DNA from: Marivivens sp.
GTDB taxonomy: Bacteria; Pseudomonadota; Alphaproteobacteria; Rhodobacterales; Rhodobacteraceae
Assembly: GCA_030827165.1 (NCBI GenBank)
Contig: JAURFB010000002.1
Span: 1,514 to 65,513, forward strand
DNA length: 64,000 nucleotides
Direction: 5' to 3'
Part shown: in pieces, positions 46,573 to 55,773 of the stretch
How positions within the stretch are numbered: position 1 is the stretch's first letter
Layout: every line of letters begins with the position of its first letter
Notes under the pieces: model-generated
Told to the model about the DNA's origin: nothing
Database searches by the model: none
What the model saw: only the letters and a program-made list of their open reading frames with translations
Made by a program: the position numbers and the translations under genes

Positions 46573-47385
46573 CTAGTCCTCGTTGTTGTGCAGGATCTGA
46601 TCCATCGCGACGGAGGGCTGATCGCAGCCCGCGTCCCCAACGATCCGCGCCGGAACCCCGGCCACCGTCTTGCAGCACGGCACATCGTGCAGAACCACCG
46701 AGCCGGCGGCGATGCGGCTGTTATCGCCGATCCTGATGTTGCCCAAAACCTTGGCCCCCGCCCCGATCAGAACGCCGTTGCCGATCTTGGGGTGACGGTC
46801 CTCGTCTTCTTTGCCGGTGCCGCCCAGCGTGACCGAATGCAGCATCGAGACATTATCGCCCACCACGGCGGTTTCACCGATCACGATGGAATGGGCGTGG
46901 TCGATCATGATGCCCTTGCCGATCTGCGCGGCGGGGTGAATATCGATCCCGAACACCTCGGACACCCGCATCTGGATGAAATAGGCCAGATCCTTGCGCC
47001 CTTCGAGCCAGAGCCAGTGGGCCAGCCGATACGCCTGAACTGCTTGATAGCCCTTGAAGAACAGGAGCGGCTGCAGAAGCCGGTGGCAGGCCGGATCGCG
47101 ATCCAGAACGGCGACAAGGTCGGCACGCGCGGCTCCGGCAAGCTTGGGGTGCTCCGAAAAGGCTTCGTCGGCAATTTCGCGCAGGATCTGCTCCGACATC
47201 TCCTCGGAGGCGAGCTTCATCGAGATGCGATAGGCCAAGGCCCGCTCGAAGGTGGCGTGGTGCAAGATACCCTGATGAAGAAGGCTCCCCATCAAGGGCT
47301 CGGCGCTGACGGCGTCGCGCGCTTCGTTGCAAATCCTGTCCCAGACGGGATCCAGCTGGGCAATACGGGTTTCGAGCTTTGCCAT
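46573..47385 (-). CDS. cysE: Serine O-acetyltransferase
   Basis: Starting at MAKLETRIAQLDPVWD gives 270 aa. It has hexapeptide repeats (GIDIHPAAQIGKGIMIDHAHSIVIGETAVVGDNVSMLHSVTLGG). The track ORF extends 116 codons further in frame (see findings). Confidence 0.88.
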   Translation of the reverse strand: MAKLETRIAQLDPVWDRICNEARDAVSAEPLMGSLLHQGILHHATFERALAYRISMKLASEEMSEQILREIADEAFSEHPKLAGAARADLVAVLDRDPACHRLLQPLLFFKGYQAVQAYRLAHWLWLEGRKDLAYFIQMRVSEVFGIDIHPAAQIGKGIMIDHAHSIVIGETAVVGDNVSMLHSVTLGGTGKEDEDRHPKIGNGVLIGAGAKVLGNIRIGDNSRIAAGSVVLHDVPCCKTVAGVPARIVGDAGCDQPSVAMDQILHNNED

Positions 47386-47732
47386 GGCGGGCCTCACTTT
47401 CGTGCCGTTCATAGCGCAGATAGGCACCGTTCGCAAAGATGAAAGGGCCCGCCGTGGCGCAGGCGCGCTCGCAATCCAACAAAATATCGCGAGCGCCCGA
47501 CAGAAATCGGGTGTTGCATGATCGGGCAAGGGCGCGGCGCCGAAGGCGGCCGTCGCCGCCATGACCGAACCAGAGCCGAAGCGGGGATGCAGCGCCCCAT
47601 AGCGCCTGTGGTGCCGGTCTGCCCAAGCGGCGGCAACCAAAAGGCGGCGCGCCACATGAGGCCACTGGGCCTCGGGCCGACCAAGCAAGACCCGCGCCGC
47701 CATATCGAGATCGCCCGCCAGAAGCGGCCGCA

Positions 47733-49460
47733 TCAGCCGAGCGCGATCCGCGCGAAGGGGCCAGCGCCATAGCTTGCGGAAATTTGGGCCACCTCGGCGA
47801 TGCCGCCCCCTGCCCAGCCATCGAGCGCCTGATCGGCGGAGGCATATCGGAAGGCAGGTGCGCTCGTCGTTTCCTCTCGCAAGACCGACCCGCCTTCGAT
47901 GATCCGAACGAGGTAGCGTTCGCTCTCCTCCCCCAGCGGCACCTCGGGGGCGCTCCAGCTATCGCCATCAAGCCGCGTCCGTCGAATCCAGCTCAGGTCG
48001 ATATCGCTGCCGTTCGCTGTGATCCCGAGGTGGCACGGTCGATAGGGCCGCAACCCCGCGCCCCGGACAGCCATTTCGAGATGGGTATAGGATGGATGAT
48101 CCAGAGCCTTGGCGGCGGGGCCGAAACGGTAGTGTCGGCTCACGTCGCGCATTGATGCGGGCAGGGCGATTTGCTGCGGCGTGTTTTCAAGAAGCACAAA
48201 GACCGACCCTACCGGCCATTCCTCCGGCATAATCCCATCGGTTCCCGCCTGTCCGCGCAACCGGCGGCGCAGGAGATAGGTGTCAGGCGCGACGAGCTCG
48301 GCCTCTTCAAATTGGAAAACCTCCCAATTCTCAGTGCCGCCGTCGCCGATCAAGGCCCGGTTTGCGCCGGCCAAAAGCGACTCAGGTGTGGTGCTCGACA
48401 GGGCGCCGCTGACGAGGCGCAGTCGCAGCGCCGGACCGTAATCGACGACGCCTGCCGTGGCCGCAGGCAACGCTGTTTCCGTCACGCCGACGGTGGCGGG
48501 TCCATTCTGCACCAGATCAAGCCCGTAGGATTGCCCGGCCTCCGACGAATAAAGCGCGGCTTTCGTCGGCCAGGGATCGGCCGTGGCCGCAAACCAAGGG
48601 CCAACCGGGGCTTCTTCGCCGGTGATCAGCGGCAGATCCATCAAAAGCCCCTCGACCGGCACAGCCAGAGAAAATGCCGCGCTTCGAGGAGGCTCTTCCT
48701 GACGCATCGGGGCGCGATAGACCGCAGGTTCGACGCGAACCGCTTCGATGCCCCGGTGCGCGGTGATCGTCATCCGGTCGATCCGGTAGGCCGCGCCCGC
48801 GCCGACCCCGAGGCGCAAGATATCGCCCACGCCCAGCCGCGAGGCCGACGGCGGCAAGCCAAGGCTCACCGTATCCCGAGCGATCCGCGCCTCCGCCAAC
48901 CAGCGTTCGGCCATGGCCGCGGCCTCGCCGCCGCTCAAGACCAGCGGCAGCTCGCTCACGCTCACCGAGCCGGCGGCCTCGTCCGGCTCGACCGCTTCGA
49001 CCGACCTGACCGAATAGCCGCCGCCGGCAGACACATGCACGAGCCTGACACGGCCCGAAAGCTCGGCCCTGCCCGCGCGGCTATGCTCGATCGTCGGTGC
49101 ATCGGTGCTCGTGAAAACCGCCTGCCCTTCTTCGACAATGCTCTCCTGCGCAAGAGCGCGGCTGAGGAAGGTGAGCTTTCCGTCCCGTTCAAACCCGTCG
49201 AACCCGAAGGCCAGCATCAAAGGTTGCAAGCGCGCGCGCCCGGTCTCGCCGCCGCCAGCCGTATAGCCGCGCACCAATCCGTGGATCCTTGATGTCTCCG
49301 CATCCACGATCCCCGCCTCGCGACAGATCTCGGACACGACCCCCGAAAGGCTTCGACCACTGACGCGGCCACTGCCCAGCGCCACGACCTTGCCTGTCGC
49401 CGAGGCCTTGACCTCGGGCGGCGTCTCGTCCGACTGCGCCCGTCTCAGGAATTCAAACAT
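47733..49460 (-). pseudogene. C-terminal fragment (575 aa) of an RcGTA g15-type tail/host-specificity protein
   Basis: I recognise the sequence (SLSGVVSEICREAGI...LQPLMLAFGFDGFERDGKLTFLSR...ERYLVRIIEGG) as the distal part of the roughly 1300-aa GTA g15 family. No N-terminal TIM-barrel-like part is present. An in-frame TAG lies 6 codons upstream of the first ATG. Confidence 0.6.
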
Positions 49461-49580
49461 CCACGACTCCTCGTCATTCTATTTGGCGTCGCACCCGTCG
49501 CTTCGGGTTACCAGCACACCATCCAAGGTTGTTCTGAAGATTTCCGAAGGCCACCGTGCGTTGCCTCGACCCCAAGCAAA

Positions 49581-50981
49581 CTACAGAACCCGAAGGCGCG
49601 GCTGGCGCCATGTGCCGGCAGGCTCGATCATCAGGTCATAAATCGCCCAGACAAGCGCATCGACGCGGTCAGGCGAGCCGCTGCCCAAGAACCCAAGGCG
49701 GGTCATCTGGCACATCTGGTCTTCCAGATCGGCCAGCGGCGCGGCATGCAGCACGCGCCCTTGCTCATAGAGGGCGGCCACAGGCTCGGCGCGCGCCGAC
49801 TTGCCCCGCGCGGCATGGACCGCCCGGAAAGGCACCAGAGGATCGACCTGCCGGACAATCGCCTCCACCATCGCCCCTCCCTGATTGACCTCGGCCACCA
49901 ACCGATCCGCACCGTGGCGCTGCCACGCGGCGATCGCCGCCTTCGCCCATTCGAGGGGCGAGGCCCCCCGCACGGTCGCATCCTCAAGCACATAGGCCCT
50001 CCAGTCCTGCGGCGGCCCCTCGGTCACAGCGCCGACCACGACGATCCCGCAGGCATCGCCCGTCCCGCCTGCCGCTGCCGAAGGGTCGACGGCAACGACG
50101 ATCCGGCTCATCTCGGGCGGCCGTGGAGCCCGACTGGCCTCAAGGCCCGCGCTGGTCCAAAGAGCGCCCTCGACATCAGCGAGCAAGACCCCGTCAAGCT
50201 CCTGCCGCCCCAGCCGCGTTCCAGCATATCGGCGCTGAACCTCCTCGAAGAATCCACTGGCAAGATTGGCCCGGTTCGCGCTGGTCGGTGCGTGGGTAAC
50301 GAGTGTGCTGTCCCGCTCGAGAAGGTCGGTCAGGGCTTTGACGTTGCGCGGAGTTGACGTGACACAGGCGCGTGGGTCATCCCCCAGCCGCAGCCCGAAT
50401 TGCAGCATGTCCCAGGCTTCTTCCGCCTTTTTCCACTTGGCCAACTCATCCGCCCAGAGCCCGTCAAACTGTAGGCCGCGCAAGGCATCGGGATCATGCG
50501 CCGAAAGAATCTGCGCCGTCGCCCCATTGGGCCAGACAAGCATCTTGCGGCCGGCGATCCATTCCGGCCTGCGGTCGGGCGGGCACAGGGCGAGAATACC
50601 GCTCTCGCCAAAAACCATCACTTCGCGGGCCTGATCGAGCGTCTCGCCGACAAGCCCGATTCGCCGCGCCTGGCCGGGATCAGATGGCCTTGCCCCCTCG
50701 ACGAGCGAGCGGACCCACTTCGCCCCGGCGCGCGTCTTGCCGGCGCCGCGCCCGCCCATGATGAGCCAGGTGCGCCAATCTCCCTCCGGCGGCAACTGGT
50801 GCTCGAGCGCCCAGAACTCGAACAGAAAGGGAAGCGCCTTCAGCTCCGCCCCATCGAGCGATTCCAGAAACTCATTCTGAATGCTCGGGGGAGCGGAGGC
50901 GATCCAACTTGCCCCCAATCGAATCCCGTGCAGCTTCGACGTCAAACTCTCTTGCGCGGAACGCGCGCCCATATGTTGCAT
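49581..50981 (-). CDS. Phage/GTA terminase large subunit (g2-like)
   Basis: It has Walker A (IMGGRGAGKTRAGA), Walker B (LQFDGLWADELAKW) and a C-terminal nuclease region (IVVAVDPS...VAEVNQGG...DRVDALVWA). The start is uncertain: 50981, 50972 and 50918 are candidates. Confidence 0.8.
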   Translation of the reverse strand: MQHMGARSAQESLTSKLHGIRLGASWIASAPPSIQNEFLESLDGAELKALPFLFEFWALEHQLPPEGDWRTWLIMGGRGAGKTRAGAKWVRSLVEGARPSDPGQARRIGLVGETLDQAREVMVFGESGILALCPPDRRPEWIAGRKMLVWPNGATAQILSAHDPDALRGLQFDGLWADELAKWKKAEEAWDMLQFGLRLGDDPRACVTSTPRNVKALTDLLERDSTLVTHAPTSANRANLASGFFEEVQRRYAGTRLGRQELDGVLLADVEGALWTSAGLEASRAPRPPEMSRIVVAVDPSAAAGGTGDACGIVVVGAVTEGPPQDWRAYVLEDATVRGASPLEWAKAAIAAWQRHGADRLVAEVNQGGAMVEAIVRQVDPLVPFRAVHAARGKSARAEPVAALYEQGRVLHAAPLADLEDQMCQMTRLGFLGSGSPDRVDALVWAIYDLMIEPAGTWRQPRLRVL

Positions 50982-51195
50982 GAAATGCCTCCTCGGCCGA
51001 TTTGAGTGTGAAGAACGCTTTGTCCAGAAGCTGGATTTGGGTGAGGATCTTGCTCGCCAGATCAGGATCACCCTCCCTGATCAATTTCTCGATCCCTTGC
51101 AGGGTATCGCTTACTCTCCGGAAGTGACCGGCGGCTTCCTTGTATGCCTCTTCGGCGGTTGGAAATGCAGTTTTGTCGGACCGATCTTGGATCAT
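50872..51195 (-). CDS. Small helical protein at the g1 position (putative GTA small terminase)
   Basis: The 107-aa ORF lies immediately upstream of the large terminase and overlaps its start. The assignment rests on position and size only. Confidence 0.45.
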   Translation of the reverse strand: MIQDRSDKTAFPTAEEAYKEAAGHFRRVSDTLQGIEKLIREGDPDLASKILTQIQLLDKAFFTLKSAEEAFHATYGRAFRAREFDVEAARDSIGGKLDRLRSPEHSE

Positions 51196-51371
51196 TGAGT
51201 CGTGCCTGTGTTGGGGTCCGCCACAGGAGAGAGACGCAAAAAGGCGACCAGAGCCTTCCGCCCTGTGCCGCCCCCTACTTCTTCTAGCATATCCAGTTCG
51301 CTAAGACTGGACGCGCCAAATGTCAAATCGAGCGCCCTCTAAGCGCCCGACTTATTTAGGTTTTATTAGGA

Positions 51372-52526
51372 TTAGTTCCCGGTCTGCTGATCTTCGATCG
51401 CCCGCCAGGCCGCCACGTTCTTGTTGTGATCGGCGAGGTTGTCGGCAAAGGCATGGCCGCCCGTTCCGTCCGCCACGAAGAAGATAAAGGGCGTGTCGGC
51501 CGGATTCAGAGCGGCCTCGATGCTGGCCCGCCCCGGGTTGGCGATCGGTGTCGGAGGCAGCCCGTCAATGAGATAAGTGTTATAGGGCGTCTCCCGCTGC
51601 AACTCGCTCTGGCGCAGGCCGCGCCCCAAGACACCCTCGCCGCCCGTGATGCCATAAATTACCGTCGGGTCGGTCTGGAGCCGGATCCCCCGGTTCAAAC
51701 GATTGACGAAGACGCCCGCCACAAGGCCGCGCTCTTCGGCAACGCCGGTTTCCTTTTCGATGATCGAGGCAAGGACAAGTGCTTCTTGGGGTGTTGAAAC
51801 CGGAAGATCCGCCGCGCGCTCGACCCAGGCCTCGGCGAGTATCTGTTCTTGCGACGCCTCCATCCGCGCCAGAATCGAAGCAACAGTCGCGCCGGGACGG
51901 AACTCGTAGCTGTCAGGCGCGAGCATCCCCTCGGCCGGAACCTCCAAGACCGGCCCGACAAGGGTCGATATCCCGTTGAGCGCGGTCACAACCTGCCAAC
52001 TTGTCGTGCCCTCGGCCATCGCCACGCGAAAGCGCGTATCCGCCTCGCCGGCGACCTTCGTATATTCGGAAGGTGTTTCGTCAGTCACCGGATCGTATTC
52101 TGCCACATCGACATAACGGCTAGTGGCGGGATCAAGCTCGCGCACCTGCACCACTGTCTTGTTGACGCCAATCCGATAGACCACCTCGGTGCCGCAGGTG
52201 CTCTGCCCGCCGCGTGTCACGATCTCGACGATCTCTTCCATCGAGGCCCGCTCGGGAACAAGATAGCTGCCCGCTTTCAAAAGCCCCGCTCTTTGGGAGT
52301 AATCCGCGCCGATCCGCAGGATCGCCCCGCTTGCCACCGCACCTTGCGCTTCCAGATTGCGGCTCACCGCACGGAAGTTTGTACCGCTTTCAACCCGCAG
52401 ACAGATCCCGGCCTCCAGAGGGCCGGGCTCCGAATACATCCGCGCGCCCCAGGCCACCGCCCCCGCAACGACAAGCAGCAGGACAAAGAAGAAGCTCAGA
52501 GCGTTGGACGCGAGGTGTCGCCACAT
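51372..52526 (-). CDS. mltG: Endolytic murein transglycosylase MltG (YceG-like)
   Basis: It has an N-terminal TM segment and LVLASIIEKETGVAEERGLVAGVFVNRL...LQTDPTVIY. The ATG overlaps the fabF stop. Confidence 0.88.
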   Translation of the reverse strand: MWRHLASNALSFFFVLLLVVAGAVAWGARMYSEPGPLEAGICLRVESGTNFRAVSRNLEAQGAVASGAILRIGADYSQRAGLLKAGSYLVPERASMEEIVEIVTRGGQSTCGTEVVYRIGVNKTVVQVRELDPATSRYVDVAEYDPVTDETPSEYTKVAGEADTRFRVAMAEGTTSWQVVTALNGISTLVGPVLEVPAEGMLAPDSYEFRPGATVASILARMEASQEQILAEAWVERAADLPVSTPQEALVLASIIEKETGVAEERGLVAGVFVNRLNRGIRLQTDPTVIYGITGGEGVLGRGLRQSELQRETPYNTYLIDGLPPTPIANPGRASIEAALNPADTPFIFFVADGTGGHAFADNLADHNKNVAAWRAIEDQQTGN

Positions 52527-53785
52527 CAGCGCAATTTGCCCACGATCACGCTGGCATTGGTGCCGCCAAAGCCAAAGGAATTGGACAGGGCCACGTTGAC
52601 GGTCTTTTCGCGCTTGGCGTTCGGCGCGAGGTCGACTTTGCTTTCAACCGCCTGATTGTCGAGGTTGATCGTCGGCGGGCAAACATCATCGCGCACCGCA
52701 AGGATCGCAAAGATCGCCTCGATGGCGCCAGCCGCGCCCAGAAGGTGGCCGGTCATGGACTTGGTCGATGACATAGTCACCTTGCCTGCGGCATCGCCCA
52801 TCATCCGCTCGACAGCGCCAAGCTCGATGGTGTCTGCCATGGTCGAGGTGCCGTGTGCGTTGATATAGTCTACGTCCCTGGGCTCCAGCCCCGCGTCGGC
52901 CAACGCCGCCCGCATCGACCGCTCGCCGCCCTCGCCATCCTCGGACGGGGCCGTGATGTGATAGGCATCGCCCGACATCCCATAGCCCAGAACTTCGGCA
53001 TAGATCTTGGCGCCGCGCGCCTTGGCGTGTTCGTATTCCTCAAGAACCACGATCCCCGCGCCCTCGCCCATGACGAAACCGTCACGGTCGGCATCATAAG
53101 GGCGGCTGGCCTTTTGCGGATCATTCCCGCGCTTGGTTGAAAGAGCCTTGCAGGCGTTGAAACCGGCAATCCCGATCTCGCAGATCGCCGCCTCGGCACC
53201 GCCCGCGATCATCACGTCGGCCGCGCCGTATTTGATGAGGCGGCTCGCATCGCCAATGGCGTGCGCACCGGTCGAACAGGCGGTAACGACCGAGTGGTTC
53301 GGCCCCTTGAACCCGTAGCGGATCGAAACCTGACCAGAGATCAGGTTGATCAGCGCGCCCGGAATAAAGAACGGCGAAACACGTCGCGGCCCTTTTTCCT
53401 TGATCAAGATCGCCGTTTCGGCAATCGACTTCAGCCCGCCGATCCCCGACCCGATCAAGACACCGGTGCGGCTCTGCTTGTCGGGAGTATCGGCAACCCA
53501 ACCCGAATCCTCGACCGCCTGCTGTGCCGCGGCCACGCCGAAGAGGATGAAATCATCCACCTTCCGCTGTTCCTTCGGCTCCATGTATCTGTCGGCGTTG
53601 AACGTGGCGTCCGAGCCGTCGCCGCGCTTGACCTCACAGGCATAGGTGGTGGCAAGCCCGCTCGCATCGAATTGGGTGATCGTGCCGGCGCCCGATTGTC
53701 CTGCGAGCAGGCGTTTCCAGCTTTCGTCAACGCCATCCGCAAGCGGCGTGACAAGCCCAAGTCCGGTTACAACGACACGGCGCAT
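52526..53785 (-). CDS. fabF: Beta-ketoacyl-ACP synthase II
   Basis: It has MRRVVVTGLGLVTPL, active-site Cys (VTACSTGAHAIG), the His pair (NAHGTST, TGHLLGAAG) and NSFGFGGTNA. Confidence 0.93.
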   Translation of the reverse strand: MRRVVVTGLGLVTPLADGVDESWKRLLAGQSGAGTITQFDASGLATTYACEVKRGDGSDATFNADRYMEPKEQRKVDDFILFGVAAAQQAVEDSGWVADTPDKQSRTGVLIGSGIGGLKSIAETAILIKEKGPRRVSPFFIPGALINLISGQVSIRYGFKGPNHSVVTACSTGAHAIGDASRLIKYGAADVMIAGGAEAAICEIGIAGFNACKALSTKRGNDPQKASRPYDADRDGFVMGEGAGIVVLEEYEHAKARGAKIYAEVLGYGMSGDAYHITAPSEDGEGGERSMRAALADAGLEPRDVDYINAHGTSTMADTIELGAVERMMGDAAGKVTMSSTKSMTGHLLGAAGAIEAIFAILAVRDDVCPPTINLDNQAVESKVDLAPNAKREKTVNVALSNSFGFGGTNASVIVGKLR

Positions 53786-53900
53786 ATTCTGCCCTCACCT
53801 CGATAGTTTTCCTTAGCCCCTGATAGCTCACGGGCAACCGCAGGGGCAAGTGCAGTTGACCGCCTGATCCCTACTCCATACGCTGTCGGGCAGTTTTGTT

Positions 53901-54620
53901 GTGTCAGGAGACGGCCACATGGCCCCGTCAGTTTTTTCCACAGCCCTTCGCGCATTTGCCATCGCCCTGCCGGGAATCACTTTGCTGCCCTTCGTCGTGG
54001 AGCCGCCAGAGGGCATCCCGGCCGTCTTGCTGATGGTCAATCCGCTGGTGCTGACGCTGGTCATGTGTCTTGCGGGCGCCGCGACGGCGCCACGCCTCGG
54101 CCTTGCAGCAGAATGGATACTTGGATCGACGCTTGACCTCGCCATCTTGCGGCTGGGGCTCGTGACCGGCCTCGTGGCAGGTCTTCTGGCGGCGGTGATC
54201 GACCAGTTCTCGGCGCCCCTCTGGCAAACCGCTGACCTCACAATTCCGACGCTTCTGGACGGCGCGGGGCCCATGCAATTGATTTTGGGGGTGCTCTATG
54301 GCGGCCTCACAGAAGAGATCATGCTCAGATGGGGGCTCTTGTCGCTCCTGTTCTGGGCTTTGGCAAAGGCTCTGCCCCGTGGGGCCGCGTGCTGGATCGC
54401 CGTGATCGCCGCCGCATTTCTTTTCGCCGCCGGCCACCTTCCCGCCGTTCTGGCCAGCGGGGCGGAACTTGCGCCCGCCTTGCTGATCCGGATCCTGGGT
54501 CTCAATGCGGCGCTCGGGATCGTCTATGGGCTCCTCTACGTCAGAAAAAGCCTCGGCGCCGCAATGGCCGCCCATGCCGGGACACATCTGGCGGTCTTCT
54601 TGCTGGGCTTGGTCTGGTAA
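53901..54620 (+). CDS. CPBP family intramembrane glutamic endopeptidase
   Basis: It is polytopic, with the motifs LTEEIMLRWG and FLFAAGHLP and a distal H (AHAGTH). The start could be the Met 6 codons downstream. Confidence 0.7.
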   Translation: MSGDGHMAPSVFSTALRAFAIALPGITLLPFVVEPPEGIPAVLLMVNPLVLTLVMCLAGAATAPRLGLAAEWILGSTLDLAILRLGLVTGLVAGLLAAVIDQFSAPLWQTADLTIPTLLDGAGPMQLILGVLYGGLTEEIMLRWGLLSLLFWALAKALPRGAACWIAVIAAAFLFAAGHLPAVLASGAELAPALLIRILGLNAALGIVYGLLYVRKSLGAAMAAHAGTHLAVFLLGLVW

Positions 54621-54648
54621 AAAGAAAACGGCGCCCGATGGGCGCCGT
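54619..54648. terminator. Hairpin terminator between the CPBP gene (+) and acpP (-)
   Basis: A 9-bp stem (ACGGCGCCC-GAT-GGGCGCCGT) is followed by TTTTCTTT on the minus strand. It lies 22 nt after the acpP stop. Confidence 0.6.
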
Positions 54649-54670
54649 CTGATCCTTGCATCAGGAAAGC

Positions 54671-54904
54671 TTACTGGGCTTCGCTGATGAACTTGACGGC
54701 ATCGCCGAAGGTCTGGATGGTTTCGGCGGCGTCATCGGGGATCTCGATGCCGAACTCTTCTTCGAAAGCCATCACCAGCTCAACGGTATCGAGGCTGTCG
54801 GCGCCCAGATCGTCGATGAACGAAGCGGCCTCACTGACCTTGTCCCCTTCGACACCAAGGTGCTCTACAACGATCTTACGCACACGGTCTGCGACGTCGC
54901 TCAT
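54671..54904 (-). CDS. acpP: Acyl carrier protein
   Basis: The 77-aa ORF has [21 protein letters not shown], which includes the phosphopantetheine-attachment Ser. Confidence 0.95.
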   Translation of the reverse strand: MSDVADRVRKIVVEHLGVEGDKVSEAASFIDDLGADSLDTVELVMAFEEEFGIEIPDDAAETIQTFGDAVKFISEAQ

Positions 54905-55025
54905 GTCTGTTCCTCACGTTTAAGGGCTTCAGCCCGTTATATCATGCCCCCGCGGGGCCGTTGGATTGCCCGAAGCGGGGCGAAACCGACAAGCGCCAGG
55001 CGCGCCTTCCGGCAAAACTTCGCGG

Positions 55026-55053
55026 GCTATAGCAGAGATTTTCCCGAAGGCAA
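55026..55053 (-). promoter_or_regulatory. Sigma70-like promoter for acpP
   Basis: The minus strand reads TTGCCT, a 16-nt spacer, then TATAGC. This is the same hexamer architecture as the rpsF candidate promoter. Confidence 0.35.
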
Positions 55054-55108
55054 ATCCTTTCCCGCCCGGTTCGGCTCCTCCCAAGAATGTTGTCCGGCGC
55101 GACCAATT

Positions 55109-55738
55109 TCAAGCCTTCTCAAGGCTGTCATCCAAGTCTCCGTCGCTCTCGTCTTCCGTGCCCGAACCGGTCGGATTGCTTGAGGGCAGCAAAGCAAAAA
55201 CTGTGTTCAGGATCAGAGGCTTTACCTTGTGGAAACTATGCGGATCACCCACGTAGCCCGCCACAATCCGCTGCGGCAGGATAAACAGGCCAAGCTCCGC
55301 CCGAATGGGATCGAGACTGTTTCGAGCATAGAAATCGTCAATGCGCGCCGCAAATTCGGCATTCTCCTGCGCAATCGTGACCTCGAGCGACTCACTGGCC
55401 GCACCGCGAACCAAAACCCGCTCCGGCACACAAAACAGAAGCCGCGCCTGCGCCGGCCTTGCCACGGCCCAACGTCCGGCGTGAAGGGCGATTCTGCGCA
55501 TAGGGCCCTCGCCCAAACGCCCCAGCGGCCGCCCAAGTCCGCCACGGTAGCTGCGAGCCGCCGCAAGCCACGCCGACGCCAGAAGCCCGTCCATCGAGCC
55601 ATAGCGATGATAGATCGACCCGACCGATACGCCCGTCCCCTTCGAGACCTGCTGAACCGTGACAGAATGTGCCTCGGCCAGATGCCGCCCCAGCCAGTCG
55701 AAAACTTCAAGATCGGTGAATTGCGCATTGCGCCCCAT
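55109..55738 (-). CDS. TetR/AcrR family transcriptional regulator
   Basis: The N-terminal HTH pattern is VTVQQVSKGTGVSVGSIYHRYGSMDGLLA. The gene lies between fabG and acpP on the same strand. Confidence 0.75.
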   Translation of the reverse strand: MGRNAQFTDLEVFDWLGRHLAEAHSVTVQQVSKGTGVSVGSIYHRYGSMDGLLASAWLAAARSYRGGLGRPLGRLGEGPMRRIALHAGRWAVARPAQARLLFCVPERVLVRGAASESLEVTIAQENAEFAARIDDFYARNSLDPIRAELGLFILPQRIVAGYVGDPHSFHKVKPLILNTVFALLPSSNPTGSGTEDESDGDLDDSLEKA

Positions 55739-55773
55739 GACGCCACCGCATCGTTTTGATACGAAAATTCTAC

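Noticed and set aside
55070-55085. A CTCCTCCC motif reminiscent of the CCUCCUCCC loops of alphaproteobacterial Cuckoo/alpha-r14-type sRNAs.
   Set aside because: It is a single copy, is not displayed in a convincing hairpin loop, and has no adjacent terminator. That is insufficient to call an sRNA.
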